From positions 109,740,001 to 109,804,000 of the forward strand of contig OZ024741.1 of NCBI GenBank assembly GCA_964016885.1: a DNA stretch of 64,000 nt, in the 5' to 3' direction. A program made the translations under genes and the position numbers. The notes beneath the pieces were generated by a model that was not told where the DNA came from, searched no databases, and saw only the letters and a program-made list of their open reading frames with translations. Source of the DNA: Eledone cirrhosa (taxonomy: Eukaryota). Positions 1-16,433 of the stretch are shown here, piece after piece (position 1 is the first letter of the stretch; each line of letters starts with the position of its first letter).

Positions 1-24
1 TGTGTGTGTATGTGTGTATCTTTT

Positions 25-790
25 TCGCCTACTCATTCCTGCAGGAGTCGTGGTAGCAGAGTCCTCAGACACTCTTTTCAGCGGGTCCCGTCAGAAGCAA
101 ATGTCTCCAACTGAGATCAAGAAGGCTCATAGATTTTATCCAACCAGATTGCACGGGGTCTACCCCAGGGTCTCTTGCCTGTTGGTTTTTCCCGAGACAC
201 TCTAACCTCATGCCCATAGTATCGGAGCTGGGATCTCTCAATTCGGAGAAGTAGCGGTTCGACCTGGAGTGACTCTCTGATCTCCTGCAATTATTGCACT
301 TAATTCAGCCTATTGCCTTCCATCACTCGTGAACAAGGCCTCGAGATACTTCAACTTCTCTTCTTTTTTCAGTGAAACTCCATTACCTGCGCAGGCTTCC
401 TTGAAAGGACGATACTCTCAGTTTTCACAGCACTGATTTTCATTCCATCCATGTAGCACTCGACATCAAACCTCTTAATTCCAAGTCGAAGATCACCTTC
501 GAGTTAATACCATGTCCTCTGCAAATTCTAACCGGGCATTAGTATAGAGATGTCAGAACAGCAAGAAATTTACTATCGATCCCATACTCCTGCAGTACCT
601 TCCATAATAGGTCCTGAGTAACGCGGTCATATGTCTTTTCAAGGTCAACAAAACAAGAATATACCTCCTGGCAATACTCCCTTGATTTCTCGAAGACCTG
701 CCCCAGTGTGAATATTTTATCGGCCGTGCTGCGTCAGGGGCGAAAACCACACTATTCATCACATAGCTTGTAGCTTAAACCTAAAGTCCT
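25..790 (-). mobile_element. Degenerate RTE-clade LINE reverse transcriptase fragment
   Basis: Manual minus-strand translation gives DE*CGFRP*RSTADKIFTLGQVFEKSREYCQEVYSCFVDLEKTYDRV..LWKVL (about 545-760), then EKLKYLEALFTSDG and RPWGRPR. It contains stops and an internal deletion. Confidence 0.8.
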
Positions 791-1154
791 CCCATGGATA
801 TACCATGCATAGACGTTGTGTGTGTGTATCATCTAAACAAACACAAGAAAATATGTATTTGATGGGTTTATATACCCATTCGCTCATAGTAGTACTCTGA
901 AATGGAGGCGCTAATTTGCATCTAATTAACGCTTGAGTTGGTAGTTATTAAAGTAGTATGTATTAAGTGCATCAAACAGGTGAAACGTACGATGAAGTTA
1001 TATCTGTATAGATACAGATTGGGTAACCGTGACTGCGGCAATATGCATATAAATATACTCATTTTTAAGACATATAAATATGCCAGGAAAAAGAATTTCC
1101 CTATATATAAAATTATCATACACTTCCGATGCTTGGCGCAATTCTTAAATATAT

Positions 1155-1188
<34 letters not shown>

Positions 1189-1557
1189 ACGCACACACCA
1201 AAATTGCTATCACAACTATAACTACCCCTCACACCACTATATCGAGATATATTACATGTTTATATACATCTCTGTGTAAATATACAAGCTAAAACCCAAA
1301 CATACATTGAATCACTTGCACATTTAAATAGAATAGTGGTACAGGTCCCCCCTCTATCCCTCTCTGTTTCTTTCTCTCTCTAACACACACACACACACAA
1401 ATATATATATATATGGGCAGTCAGAAGAGGCTCATCTGCTTATGGCTACTGGAATTAATAAGTTTAGTGTCAGTCCTTTTTTCAATAAAATCTATACTAT
1501 AAATATTTTGCTTGCTCATTCCGGTAATGTTTGACTCCTTCAATATATGAAACACCC

Positions 1558-1618
<61 letters not shown>

Positions 1619-2379
1619 CCTGCGCATGTATTGTTTTTTTGGCGGTAATTCTCCTTCCACTTTTTTTGAGACAGTATGAGAATTTCTTTAGAACTGCTGG
1701 GCTAGCAACCTAGCAGCTACCTCAAGCACTGATGGTGATTATCGCTAAATATTGATGTTGAATTATAAGAGCCCACTTGAATAAGTATCTGTTGATCTTA
1801 TACAAGCTTCTACATAAATTGGTATAATTTCACCCAACTTGTAGGAATCTTATAATGAAATGAAACGTCCGTCTGGGATGAGATATATTTGATATATCTC
1901 ATATGAAATAATACAGCCAATGTTCCACACAATACAATTAGTTAGCACCCCGAACGTTTAATTAGGAATATACTCACTTATTTCCTAATGTTTGTTGAGT
2001 GAGTTGGCCGGAGTATCGCTATTAGCTTTCTCCGATAATGTATTTATATATATATATTTAGTGATTTAGTCCTGGTATGTATATAAGCATTTCTAACATT
2101 AATTTTTACCTAATTATGTATGGCTGACCGTGTATTTAATTAATTTCCACGTGTTGTCGAAATGTTGGGTAAATATTCTATAGCGGTTGCACGCGAAGAC
2201 GCCACGATGGAGTATTTATTTACTGGTTCTTCATAGATGTCTTATTCTTATAGCCTCGTCTAATTGATTTTTTATTTTTTGTGTGGTTAATTATGCTGAT
2301 TGGGAGTAGAGATGATGTATATATATTATCAAATAATTCTCTGGACATGCTTTACTCTATAGTATATATATATATATAT

Positions 2380-2600
2380 CACCTTGACCGACCAGTCTGT
2401 CGGGCGCCAATCGGCGCCGCTGGTCACAGCACGTCGTGCTGTTTTAGCCAGAAGATAACGCCATCCCACTGGCTGGGCGGGCAGGCCGGTCTCATTTCTA
2501 CAGCTGAGTAAACTGGAGCAACGTGAAATAAAGTGTCTTGCTCAAGGAAACAACACATCACCCGGTCCGAGAATTGAACTCACAACCTTTCCATTCAAAG
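2380..2600 (-). mobile_element. tRNA-derived SINE, family A (GTGTTGTGTCCTTGAGCAAGACACTTTATTTCACGTTGCTCCAG core)
   Basis: B-box-like GAGTTCAATTC on the minus strand. The same core recurs at about 27290-27445(-), 30650-30770(-), 30840-30972(-), 33530-33760(+) and 58020-58150(-). Confidence 0.65.
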
Positions 2601-2625
2601 CCAATATATATATATATATATATAT

Positions 2626-3515
<890 letters not shown>

Positions 3516-3556
3516 AGTGTGTGTGTGTATTATGTATGTATGTGTGTGTGTGTGTG

Positions 3557-4052
<496 letters not shown>

Positions 4053-4059
4053 TATGTTG

Positions 4060-4200
4060 TGAGTTCAAGCACCGCCAAGGTTAGCTTTTCCTTTCATCCA
4101 TACAACGTTGATAAAATAAAATATCAGTAACGCACTGGGGTAGATTTAATCGATTTTCATCCCCCCAACTCGTTCGCCTTGTGCCTAAATCAGAAATCAT
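4060..4200 (+). mobile_element. tRNA-derived SINE, family B (partial, diverged)
   Basis: GAGTTCAAG..GCC.AGGTTA.CTTT.CCTTTCATCC...GATAAAATAAA matches the copies at 8750, 27820, 53000-54365, 58490 and 59491. Confidence 0.7.
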
Positions 4201-4651
4201 TAATGTTACACAAAACAGATGCTTGCTACCTCAGGTTTCAACGCTTACCCCTACATCGTTACTTTCGTACACTTTCTGCACTGAAATGGCTGGGTGAGTT
4301 ATTACGGTCCGAGATAAAAAAGGGTCGCGGTGACCTCACTTTGTTCATGTATTCCATTGTTGGCACGGATTCTACGGTTGGATGCCATTCTTAAACCCAA
4401 CCCCATTTCAATGTTTACTGTGAGCGTTTCCACCAATTCCCCCACAGAGAATATATATGTATGGTCAATGGTTAGAACACACAATCGGAATTCGAAAGAT
4501 ATGTTGTTTTATTTTCTGAGAGTGGTCACATTTTCCCGCCCATAGCGTTATTTTATCCGTTTTTCTAACCTATTGTTCACTGCAATCGATGGTTGTTACA
4601 ATTATTTTCTGCATTTGAAATTCTTACGTTGTTGAAAGTGAATGTATGTAT

Positions 4652-4709
<58 letters not shown>

Positions 4710-5045
4710 CACAGCTGAAAGATATGTGATCATAAATCTGCTGGACCAGCGTTAGCCTAGGACTACAACACAATTACAACATAAATATCTCAGTCTGGTT
4801 GCTTGATTTGGTCCACAATGATTACTGGTCAATGAGAGACAATCCACCCACCAACCTACTAAATATAACACACACCAGACAATGGAACACTGCTATTTAA
4901 TCTGTTTCAACAAATAAAGGCAAAATTCCAGATGTCGCTAATCTCGTTCAAACATTACAACATTGTCTATCTGACTGTCTGTCTGTCAGTCAGTCTCGCC
5001 CTCAACATACACACGCACACACAAATGTTTATGTGTGTGTGTGTG

Positions 5046-5148
<103 letters not shown>

Positions 5149-5470
5149 TTGTCTTTTTGTTACGTTCTCACCGAGGCCATGTTGACTTAAACCGTGAAAG
5201 TCGAAAGACAAACGAAATTTGCTGTTGGGTACCATCGCTGACTGGTACACACATACACACACGCAGACACCAACCCACACAAACACACTACAGTTATACA
5301 CGCTCACACATTCACACAGACTTCCATCCACAAAAACACACTGTGTAAGCGCTTTAGCGTACACACACATGCACACTGCAAACATCTAATAAGTCATATT
5401 GAAAACGAGACAATATTACACAGTGCACAGTCACACACATTCATACATACACATAGAGTCAAAGATAGAG

Positions 5471-5541
<71 letters not shown>

Positions 5542-5708
5542 GAGGGGAGAGAGAGAGAGAGAGAGAGAAATATAGCTACTAGGCAGAGAAACTGAAGCAG
5601 ACGTAAGAGAATAGAATTTATAACGATAATCAGCAATATCCATAAATGAACCAGCCAATAATATAAATAATATAAATGAACCAGCCAATGAATACTGAAA
5701 ATACTAAC

Positions 5709-6053
5709 CTCTTAAAATACTTCCATTTGATTGGGTATTCACCACAAAATGAAGTCTATCAAACTTCTTCATATAATTACACATGTCCTTTTTACAACAC
5801 ATTAACAGTAAGGGTAGATTTCCACCACCCATTGATCGGCTCTTCTTGAGAGTCTCTTCAGTCAATGCTCTGTTACATAAACTTCGGTGTGACATCCTCA
5901 AGCCGTCCACACAACCGTGAACTGATACTTCCGTCTCTGGGTTTGTCTGGCTTTGGTCTGTGTGTACAAGTGTGTAGCAGGTTCCCGTGTGAGACTTACA
6001 CATGTAGCCGGTACTTACACATCCAGATTCATTACAGTGGCAACGTATTTCGC
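5709..6053 (-). CDS. BAMBI: BAMBI (BMP and activin membrane-bound inhibitor) homolog, internal exon encoding the cysteine-rich extracellular domain
   Basis: Translation (G)EIRCHCNESGCVSTGYMCKSHTGTCYT...VHGCVD...LMCCKKDMCNY matches the BAMBI pattern EIRCYC..CV.TGYMCKS...HGC.D...CC..DMCNY. There is a polypyrimidine tract plus CAG acceptor at 6056-6054 and a GTTAGT donor at 5708-5703. The exon is 345 bp, phase 1-1. Confidence 0.9.
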
Positions 6054-6347
6054 CTGGTCACCGAACATAAAAGAGAAAGAGAAAAAAAGACAATATATTA
6101 GTTAAGAAATGTTGCTTTCTTAATATAAAAGCAAAATTATATTAAAACAAAAGCAAATTCATGATAAAAGCTTGACCGTATGGCTGAGAATCAGTATAAT
6201 ATCAATACTCTATTTTTCTTAAGCATAGAATACTAAATCGAATAATGGTCTTAGCGGTCTTGACTAGTAACATACCGTGTGTATATATATTATATTCAAA
6301 ATCTGAGCGAATGTGACATATACAAATGCACACACACACACACACAC

Positions 6348-6420
<73 letters not shown>

Positions 6421-7151
6421 ACGCCTCGGGTCCTTTGTTTGCACGTTGGACTACACTACAGTCATTCTCTTCTGTTTAACAATTTCTCTCCTTTCTCTAT
6501 TTCTCCCCTTTGGCTAAGCCCTTGTGCACTCTTTATTTGTGTAATTTATCTAAAGACATAACTTGTCTCTACCTGTTTTTGTATGTCCCAATGTGTACTG
6601 GAATGAATTTATCGACCTTAATTAACCGAAACCGTAGTGATTTCCAGAGGTTGACTGAGGAGATTGGACTGTCCATTTATCCGTTGTATTTTCCACTGTA
6701 TTTGTCGTGTGCGTCCCTTATTTGAATATATATGTGTGTGAGTGTGTGTGCGTATGCAAGTGAGTGTTTACTGAGCAGCTGTGAAAGGAACACAGCTTAA
6801 AATACAGCGAAACCATTTATATGCATATTATATATACAAATTATACATATCCATATCTGCTTCCGTATACGCCTCCATTATGAACCATACTGCTACTGCT
6901 ATAGCTCTGTGTGTGTGTGTGTGTGTTCATAATATACTTTTGTACATACATGCATGCGTATATATAGACGTGGCCGTATCAATATAAACCCCCAAACATT
7001 CTGCACATAATAGTACTAACTACAATAAGAAAAATACATGGTTATATAAATCTCCATTCACCAACCCAACTCAAATCTTACGTGCATATATAAATATATT
7101 TTCTCAAACTTTCTTGTGCCTACCTGTTCCCGCCCTATCCGAACTCACTAT

Positions 7152-7185
7152 TTCCTGACGAAGGACTTCCGTCCCAAACGTAGAA
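7152..7185 (+). ncRNA. Minimal type I hammerhead relic (G12 mutated)
   Basis: TTC-CTGACGA-A GGAC ttcc GTCC-CAAAC GTA-GAA. GAAA is changed to CAAA. Appears related to the 51527 motif. Confidence 0.55.
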
Positions 7186-8205
7186 CACTCCACCACTTCT
7201 TCCTTAACGTGATCCTAGTAAGACATTGTATTTTTGCATCCCTGTGTTGGTGTTGTTTTATTTGTTCAACTAAATATATTTAAGTGCTTCTTTTCAAAAC
7301 ATCATCACAAAGTATCATCACAGCCATATTTTTTTATAAATCTAATTTACATATTCTATGCTGGAAAGGGATGTTCGTTGGCCATTAGTTGATTTATTGT
7401 CTAACAATTCACTGAAATGTCTCTAAACTGAAATGATTCTTCAATATACATTTATTAATTCGTATATATACATATAATCTTAATAGATATATATCTTTTT
7501 TTTTTTTTTTTTTTTTTACATATGATTTGAAAAATTTCTGATTGGGGAAAAACATATCTGATTTCTATATATAGCTACAATTGAGAATTATACTGAAAAG
7601 ATATTACGATTGAAATAAACATATGCATTTAAATTTTATCTGCATTCCTACGAAATAGAGTAGTCATGATTCTGTAATTTTAATGTAATGAGTTTTTTTT
7701 TTTTATTATTACTGCTACTAAATAAGTAACTATGAAATAGATTTTAGGCCCCCATCCCAACTTACAAAAGTAAAACAGCAGGACTACTCGAAAACGTACT
7801 TGAAAAAAATAAACGATTCCTTGATATCATTTAATAACACTTAAGAGTGGCTTCGTGAAAGCTTAAGAGCAGATTAAAAGCTGTCAAACATGAAGACAAA
7901 AACCAGAAGAAGAATGCAAAGAGGTTATACTTCAAGATTGATAAGAACGTACTGGTCAAGCGAATCAGTTGGAATCAGACGGCAAAAGCTGTATCATATT
8001 AAAGAATATCTAATAACTTAAGGTATGTGAGGGAGCTCTTAAATCTTGAAGGAATATATGGAGAAAAAAAACATTATAATCTTGGAAGGATTATCAGTAC
8101 TGAGTTATATTTGACGCTGAGATATATAAGAAGTAAATAATAGAATGAGCAGATCGAATTGTACACAAATCTTGTATAGTCAATGGATAGATCGAGAGAT
8201 TGATT

Positions 8206-8362
<157 letters not shown>

Positions 8363-8749
8363 CGGCTCTCGAATAATTGCCCAGCACTCTTAATAATGTT
8401 TCAGATTTTTTCCAATCTCTCGCTCATTAAATTTAACTAATCTAACTCCAGCGAAACTTTATTCTACGTGGTAGCATTCCTGCGATAATTAATTTTCTTT
8501 AGACATTAAAAGCATTATAGATAACGAAAAAACAAACAAAAAGAAACATTACAAAAATTCCATAAGTCATAAAATAAATACGATGGGTTGGCGTCTCAAT
8601 ATGAAAAGTAAACGACTAATTCTGGGTTTTTTTTTAATTAAGGGAGACAACCTAGAAAATTTACCGATTTTCCAAGACCCCGCTTATTACAAACACCCCA
8701 CCACCTAACACCCTATTATTTGGGACACGAGTGTGTGTGTGTATATATA

Positions 8750-8882
8750 TAATTGTTTCTACTTTTGGCACAAGGCCAGCAATTACCCAGTACATTACTG
8801 GTACTTTATTTTATCGACCCCGTAAGGATGAAAGGCAAAGTTAACCTCGGCGGGATTTGAACTCAGATCGTAAAGGGACGTA
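8750..8882 (-). mobile_element. tRNA-derived SINE, family B (5' truncated)
   Basis: Minus strand GAGTTCAAATCC B-box followed by CGCCGAGGTTAACTTTGCCTTTCATCCTTACGGGGTCGATAAA. Confidence 0.8.
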
Positions 8883-8958
8883 ATAATGAGAGAGAGAGAG
8901 GGACAGTCAGAGAGAGAAGAGGTGGGTAGGGAGGCTCCCAGACAGACAGAGATACAGG

Positions 8959-9019
<61 letters not shown>

Positions 9020-9020
9020 T

Positions 9021-10970
9021 TCTTTATTTACCATAAAGGCATAAAAAGAAGGGACAAATACAAAGGGGGAGTTTACATATAATCGAGTAAAAAGGGTGTA
9101 ACATGAAAATAATCGAAAATAACCTCAAAAGGGAGGGGACGTGATGGGGGTTGCACACACCCCCGAAAAAGTGTGCAATCCTTTGCCCGGGGAGCACATG
9201 GAGAAGGTGTTCCCCTCTCCTTTACTTCTTTACCTACAGGATGGTATACAGAGAAGGCCCATTTACACGAGCCATTCTCGCCACTATCACCCACCTTTCA
9301 TAAAACTGCCTGTGGCCAAGCACCTCTCTCTCCATTCTTATCCTTCTTCCGAAGTGATATCGGAAGAAGTAGACCAGACTATGGCCAGAGAGGAAGTTGC
9401 CTGACCTCAGACCTTTCAATCGTGTCCACCAAACAACCTCTTTCAACATGGCTATTACGCACAGAAAAACCGCCTTTGCTTCCTTTGTGAAGAGGGGAGG
9501 CGGTTTGATTGTCATCACGGACTCGGCGGTCAATTTAATCGGCGCCACCCGCGACAGCAGTTGTTCGGCGTAGCCCCACAGATCAGCCACGCCCGGACAT
9601 TGCACCAATGCGTGCGCCACGGTTTCTTCGTGACGCACGCATCTAGGGCAAATCTTTTTTGAGGGATCCCTGCCCGGGCGCCCGTGTCTGTAGAGCCTCT
9701 CTCGAACGGGTAGAGCCCCTCGGTAGCACTGCCAGGCCAGTGACTTCTGGAAGTTGTCCATTGGTCCTGGGCCGAAAGTCCTACCGAACAGGCTGGCCAG
9801 TTCGTCTTCTTCCATGTCCAGCGACTCTCCAAGGGTGTCATCGCCCCTGCTAGCCACCAGCCCTCTATAGAATGATGAGGTGGATTCTCCACCGATGGCC
9901 CGGCCCGCTTGCCAGAGAGCCCTGAGCGCCTGAGCACACTCAGTGTGCCAGTCTCCCAGTTTTCCGGATCTTTGCTTGACCCAGGACTGTAGCTCGGTGA
10001 GTGAGACGAGTCTCGGAAAGGCTCGTTTCACGAACGGAGCCCACACCGGTTGACCAGTGAGGAATACCTGTAGGTGCCGTAGCCTTAATGCGTGCCTACG
10101 CATCATCAACCACGGCATCCCCAGCCCTCCTTTCGAAGGTTGTTGGCAGCAGATGGATCTTCTCACCATAGGAGGACGCTTCTTCCAAAGAAATTGGAAG
10201 AGCATGCGTTCCATGGTGGTGAGTGTTTCCTTAGGGCAAGGCACGACAGTCAGGCGGTAGTAAGTGACGGACGCTATGTAAATGTTCGCCACCTCCGCCC
10301 GGCCTTTTAGGGACAGCTTACACTTGGCCCATTTCTGGGTTAGTGCAAACACCTTGTTCGTAACCTCGTTCCAGTTCTTTCCACCTGGAGGTCCGGTCCA
10401 AACCAGACCCCAAGCAACTTTATCCGGGCCCTCCGTCCAGTGTCCGACGACACCGTCAGGAGGCATCGGTTTGCCTCTCCACGTTCCGAGTTGCAGCCCG
10501 ATGGATTTTTCCCGGTTCAGTTTCGCTCCTGACAACCTTTCGTACTCCTCCAGTAAGGTACCGATCGCCTCGATCTCCGAGTCGGTTGATACCATTACTG
10601 TTACGTCATCGGCGTAGGGCCGACACCCGCTTTGCTCAATCCTGGTTCCAGGGGGATACCCTGCAACAACTCCAACTTCCTCAGTAAAGGCTCGAGAGTC
10701 AATACGTACAGAAGGGAGGAGAGAGGGCACCCCCTGTCGAATGGATCGTGTGATTTCGAACGGCTTCGAAAGGTAGCCGTTCACCTTGATCCTAGAACAG
10801 ATGTGGTTGCTATGTAGGGCAGTGATCCAGCCTCTGAAAACAGGACCGAACCCAGCCGCCGCTAGCACCGCATCCAGGTAACCATGGTCGACCCTATCGA
10901 AGGCCTTAGACTGATCCAAGTTGATCAGGGCCCCACCGAAGCCGGGTTGTTGCCAACCCTCTCTATGATA
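9021..10970 (-). mobile_element. 5'-truncated Tx1/L1-clade LINE (RT plus C-terminal Cys/His region, 3' UTR)
   Basis: LINLDQSKAFDRVDH, RQG, YADD, GGLGMP and CPRC...ETVAHALVQC; stop at 9234. AATAAA is followed by a (TCTA)n tract. It has compensating frameshifts. Confidence 0.92.
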
Positions 10971-11162
10971 AATTTGTATTATTTTCATAGTTAGGCTCAA
11001 AATATTTGTAACACAACTCGTGTTTGATTGTTTGAATGTATACACACATATGAATGCAAATATACCAGTATATATACTATGTATGTATGTGTGTGCGCAC
11101 ATGAATATACATATATGTATTTATACATACATACTCAATATATGTATATATATATATATACT

Positions 11163-11210
<48 letters not shown>

Positions 11211-11702
11211 ACACACACACACACACATATATTCATATGTATTTTATATATACATGTGTGTGTGTGTGTGTGTTAAATATACACAGACGTATGAGGTAAG
11301 CAACCACCAACCAGCCAACCACACACAAACCAGGGTACCAGTGGGTCCGTCTGTTTGGGTGGCGCCTCACTCATTAGGAAACATCACTTCTCCACCTCCC
11401 AACCATACCATACTTACCGCGGCCCCCTCATTTCATTACTGCTTTATGTAACATACACCACATACAGACATATATAACACACACATGTAAATTTAAACGT
11501 ACTACACAGATATAAATACACACAGTGTAACATATAGATACACACACAAACATAAAGTCAAACATACATAATGTAATACAGGCATTCATACAGAAATATA
11601 AATTCCACGCGAATAAACGTAAACACACACACACACATACACGTACAAGCGAATACACTTCAGTTGCATATATATGAAGACATAGACGCAGATAGTGTGT
11701 AT

Positions 11703-11735
<33 letters not shown>

Positions 11736-11799
11736 AACATGGTTGACATCATATAACATCCCATAGGGATGAAGAAATGTATATCAGGAGCCTTGTATA

Positions 11800-12012
11800 T
11801 ATATATAATTAGGGGAAGTTTTCGGAAGGGGATCGGAAAGAAACTACAGTTAAATAAGGTACTCAATACATTAGTAGAGTCTAAGTATATTTATTTTATA
11901 TACAAATGACTTCTATAGGACAAGAGCTCTTTAATTCGTATGAAATCTTCTGGAATGTCTATTCTTGACGATTTCGTGGGGATGAAACTGCTCTAGTCCT
12001 TTAGAGGTCACT
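11800..12012. mobile_element. Degenerate pLTR-like inverted repeat with decayed hammerhead (22061 family)
   Basis: AAGGTACTCAATACATTAGTAGAG motif, then imperfect arms. The right arm reads TTGACGA TTTC..GATGAAACTGCTCTAGTCC. Confidence 0.5.
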
Positions 12013-12029
12013 TCTATATATCATAAATT

Positions 12030-12060
<31 letters not shown>

Positions 12061-12149
12061 TAATAATAAGAAATGTGAAGACTAAAATCCAAAGAGGGCT
12101 CGATAAGAATAAATATATATCAAATATATAAGAACCCTAGAGCAAAAAT

Positions 12150-12270
12150 TTATTAAAATAACAGATGAAAGTTTAAGCAAAGAATCGCTGCTTAACGGGA
12201 TCTTCTGAAACTCCCGTTAAGGGTGAAAGCAGCGATTTTTTGCTTAAACCTTAATCTGTTATTTTAATAA
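12150..12270. repeat. Imperfect inverted repeat
   Basis: TTATTAAAATAACAGAT..GTTTAAGCAAAGAATCGCTGCTT pairs with AAGCAGCGATTTTTTGCTTAAAC..ATCTGTTATTTTAATAA. Confidence 0.8.
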
Positions 12271-12330
12271 ATAAATATATATATATAAATATATATATAT
12301 CATACATATATATATATATACACACACACA

Positions 12331-12460
<130 letters not shown>

Positions 12461-12619
12461 AAGTGCTCGAATGCAACAAATATACATTTTTTCTCCACTT
12501 TGAGATCTGTTGTCAAGCATTGGAAAAGCACTTCATTATTAACCAGTTTGTTGAGGGGCTGCGTTTAGTGACCCATGGTCCGTGTAAACGAGCCTCCTCT
12601 GAGCTTTAACGTATCTAGT

Positions 12620-12780
12620 TATGATTTGCCCACAAATCCTGCTGGGGTCAACTTTGCCATTAATTTTTATGAGGTCGATACAATATAGTACCAGTTAAGT
12701 ACTAGGGTAGATATAATTGAGATTCCCCTCCCCACCTCGAATTACTAGCCTTATGCCAAAAGTAGAAACAATTATTATTA
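12620..12780 (+). mobile_element. tRNA-derived SINE, family B (diverged)
   Basis: GGTCAACTTTGCC...GAGGTCGATA.AAT..AGTACCAG ... GCCAAAAGTAGAAACAATTATT tail. Confidence 0.65.
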
Positions 12781-13141
12781 TTTGCATATGCCTTTGTGTA
12801 AGTGTAAGAATGTAAGTGTAAGAATGGAGATGTAACAGACGTGAATATGGGAGGAGTAATTGAAGTGACAGCAAAACATTGATACGTAGAATGTTACCGA
12901 TTCAATTTCGAAACTGTGTTCTGGATTGCGGTGCTAAATTCTAAATAAGGGAATCGTATCACCATATCTTCTGTGTAGTTTTGTTTAACCCTTTCGTTAC
13001 CCATATTTCCCATATAAAACAAAACCCCACTGCCTATTATTTTGAAATAATTTTGAAAATGATCAAAAATGGCTAACTAAACACGGAATGACCAATTGTA
13101 TCCATTGGCGCATTGGTGAGCCACAAAACACACACACACAC

Positions 13142-13182
<41 letters not shown>

Positions 13183-13639
13183 TAGATATAGATATAACAA
13201 CTAAAAATTGATTAACAATCAATTTCTAGTTGTTATAAAATGCTCGGACCTATTCATTAGAATCTTGGAGCTTATTTTACGGATGATATGGCGCATGCCT
13301 TTCTGGCATGACACCCAGAATTTTGATTTAGATTAAATTCACTTTGATTTATCTTAATTTTGGATATAGATATATATATTATCGTATGTGTGTTTCAGGC
13401 AAATTATCTCATTCCCTTTACATACAAGTTAAGCAATACTATAAATTCCAAATGAGTTCTGGAAGTTTACATATGAAAAGCAATTCATGCTTAAACAGTG
13501 TACGTATAGGTCGAAGAGAGCAGAAAATGATGTTGTGTTATACATATTGGGATTGTTTAGAATATTCTAAATGAATATGTAGACAAATAGGATGAAGTTA
13601 TACGCCGTTAACAATAATAAATAGATTGTCTAAAAGTTT

Positions 13640-14549
<910 letters not shown>

Positions 14550-14607
14550 TCACACACAAGAATACACACATACATATATGTCTATCTATCTATATATCTA
14601 TCTATAA

Positions 14608-15034
14608 TGGACAAGGTTGAAAGGGGTGAGGTCAGACACCTTTCTCTCCGGCCAACAACTGATTCTTTTTTCAAATACCACTTTGGAAGAAGAATCAGGA
14701 TGGAGAGAGAGGTGCTGTACCCCAGCAAGTTTTATGAAAGGTGGGTGAAAGTGGCGAGAATGGCCCGAGTGAATGGGCCTTCTCTTTATATCAGCCTGTA
14801 GGTTGAGGAAAAAGAGGAGAAGAGGAAAGGGGTACAAACTCTTCGTACTCCTGGAGATGAGGGCTGCACATTTTTTCGGGGGTATGTATGTGTTACCCAC
14901 ATGTAATGTCTCCCCCTATTGGGGAAAATCGATTTACTTTTAATTTGTGATAGTATTTTACACGTTTTTATTGTATGTCAACTTCCCCTTTGTATTATTT
15001 CCCTTCTTTTGTGCCCCTGTGGCTAATAAAGAAA
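14608..15034 (+). mobile_element. Tx1/L1-like LINE 3' fragment
   Basis: FFKYHFGRRIRMEREVL...MARVNGPSL matches the C-terminus of the 9234 ORF. It ends GGCTAATAAAGAAA and starts directly after (TCTA)n. Confidence 0.9.
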
Positions 15035-15865
15035 CATATCTATAATTGTCACTATATCCGCTCTTGGACAATTTACCATTGTAATATTCTGTGGAGAGGT
15101 TGTGGTTAGGAAATAATGAGTGTAGTTAAATAGAGAGTGGATATAACTGAGTTTGGTTCGATTTGTGATGTAAATAATATAGAGAGTGATGTGAAGGAAA
15201 CTCGTAATTTTAGTTTTTGTGTTCATAATGAATCCGTATTGATTGAAAATAAAAGGACACGTGACTTATCTCCAGTTAAACTTCAATCCATCACCCAGGT
15301 TAACATAACCACGTGAACCTTGAGTGCCTTTTATAGACTACATTCTGTTTCAAGCATTCGGATCAGGCCATTGTTTGAGAATATCTTCTTCCAGGTCTCT
15401 TTTTTTAAAAGAGTCATGATGACCGGAATTCCCTTCCTAATTAAACTTAAAAAATAACAGAAACAATATTTTGTTTGTCATTGTTTATTTAACTCAAGAT
15501 CAGACGTATAATCACAGGGCTTTCTCCCCATGAACCTCTTCAGAAACCATTTATGCGGAACCGCGCAATCCAATATGTCATTCTCCATTTAAGACATAAG
15601 AGGTGTGGTATGAGAATGGTGCGGTATGAGAATGGTGCGGTTGCTATTTCTAACTAGTCCAACAACTATGCAAACTCCCGTCGCTCCGGTTGGCTAGTGG
15701 CTCCTTCCACGTATACGTTATGTGAGTGTGTAACATTCATGCCAATCCGTATGATATAAAGCATTTAGAAGAGTGACGTATACACAAATTATCATAATTC
15801 AATTTACACATTAATTTTAATATTATCTAATATATATTGACCAAATAACAATTTGCCATGTACAG

Positions 15866-15955
<90 letters not shown>

Positions 15956-16350
15956 GCGTGTGTGCGTGTGTGTGTGTGTGTAACCAAGCCGATATATATT
16001 TCTGTAAACACATGTATATATATGCATTAATACATATACATACATACTTATTGGATCCTTCATTCATTTCGAAAATGAATATTCAAACGTTCAATTAACT
16101 AACTCATCGTTAAAGCAACGTATTAGCGGCTGAGTATTCCACAGACAATTGGACCCTTAACGTAATTCTTCAGTAGAATCAGTATGAATATATATATATA
16201 CATCATTTGACTGGTGGCTGAGACATGATTCTGAATTTATGTGACTACGGCCTTTACTGTTGCCCCTCAAACCTTAATCCAGAATAGGCGAATGAAGACC
16301 GAAAATTTGTGCTTCTTTCGTTGGATTTTTTCATTTGGGCCGTCCACTTC

Positions 16351-16427
<77 letters not shown>

Positions 16428-16433
<6 letters not shown>

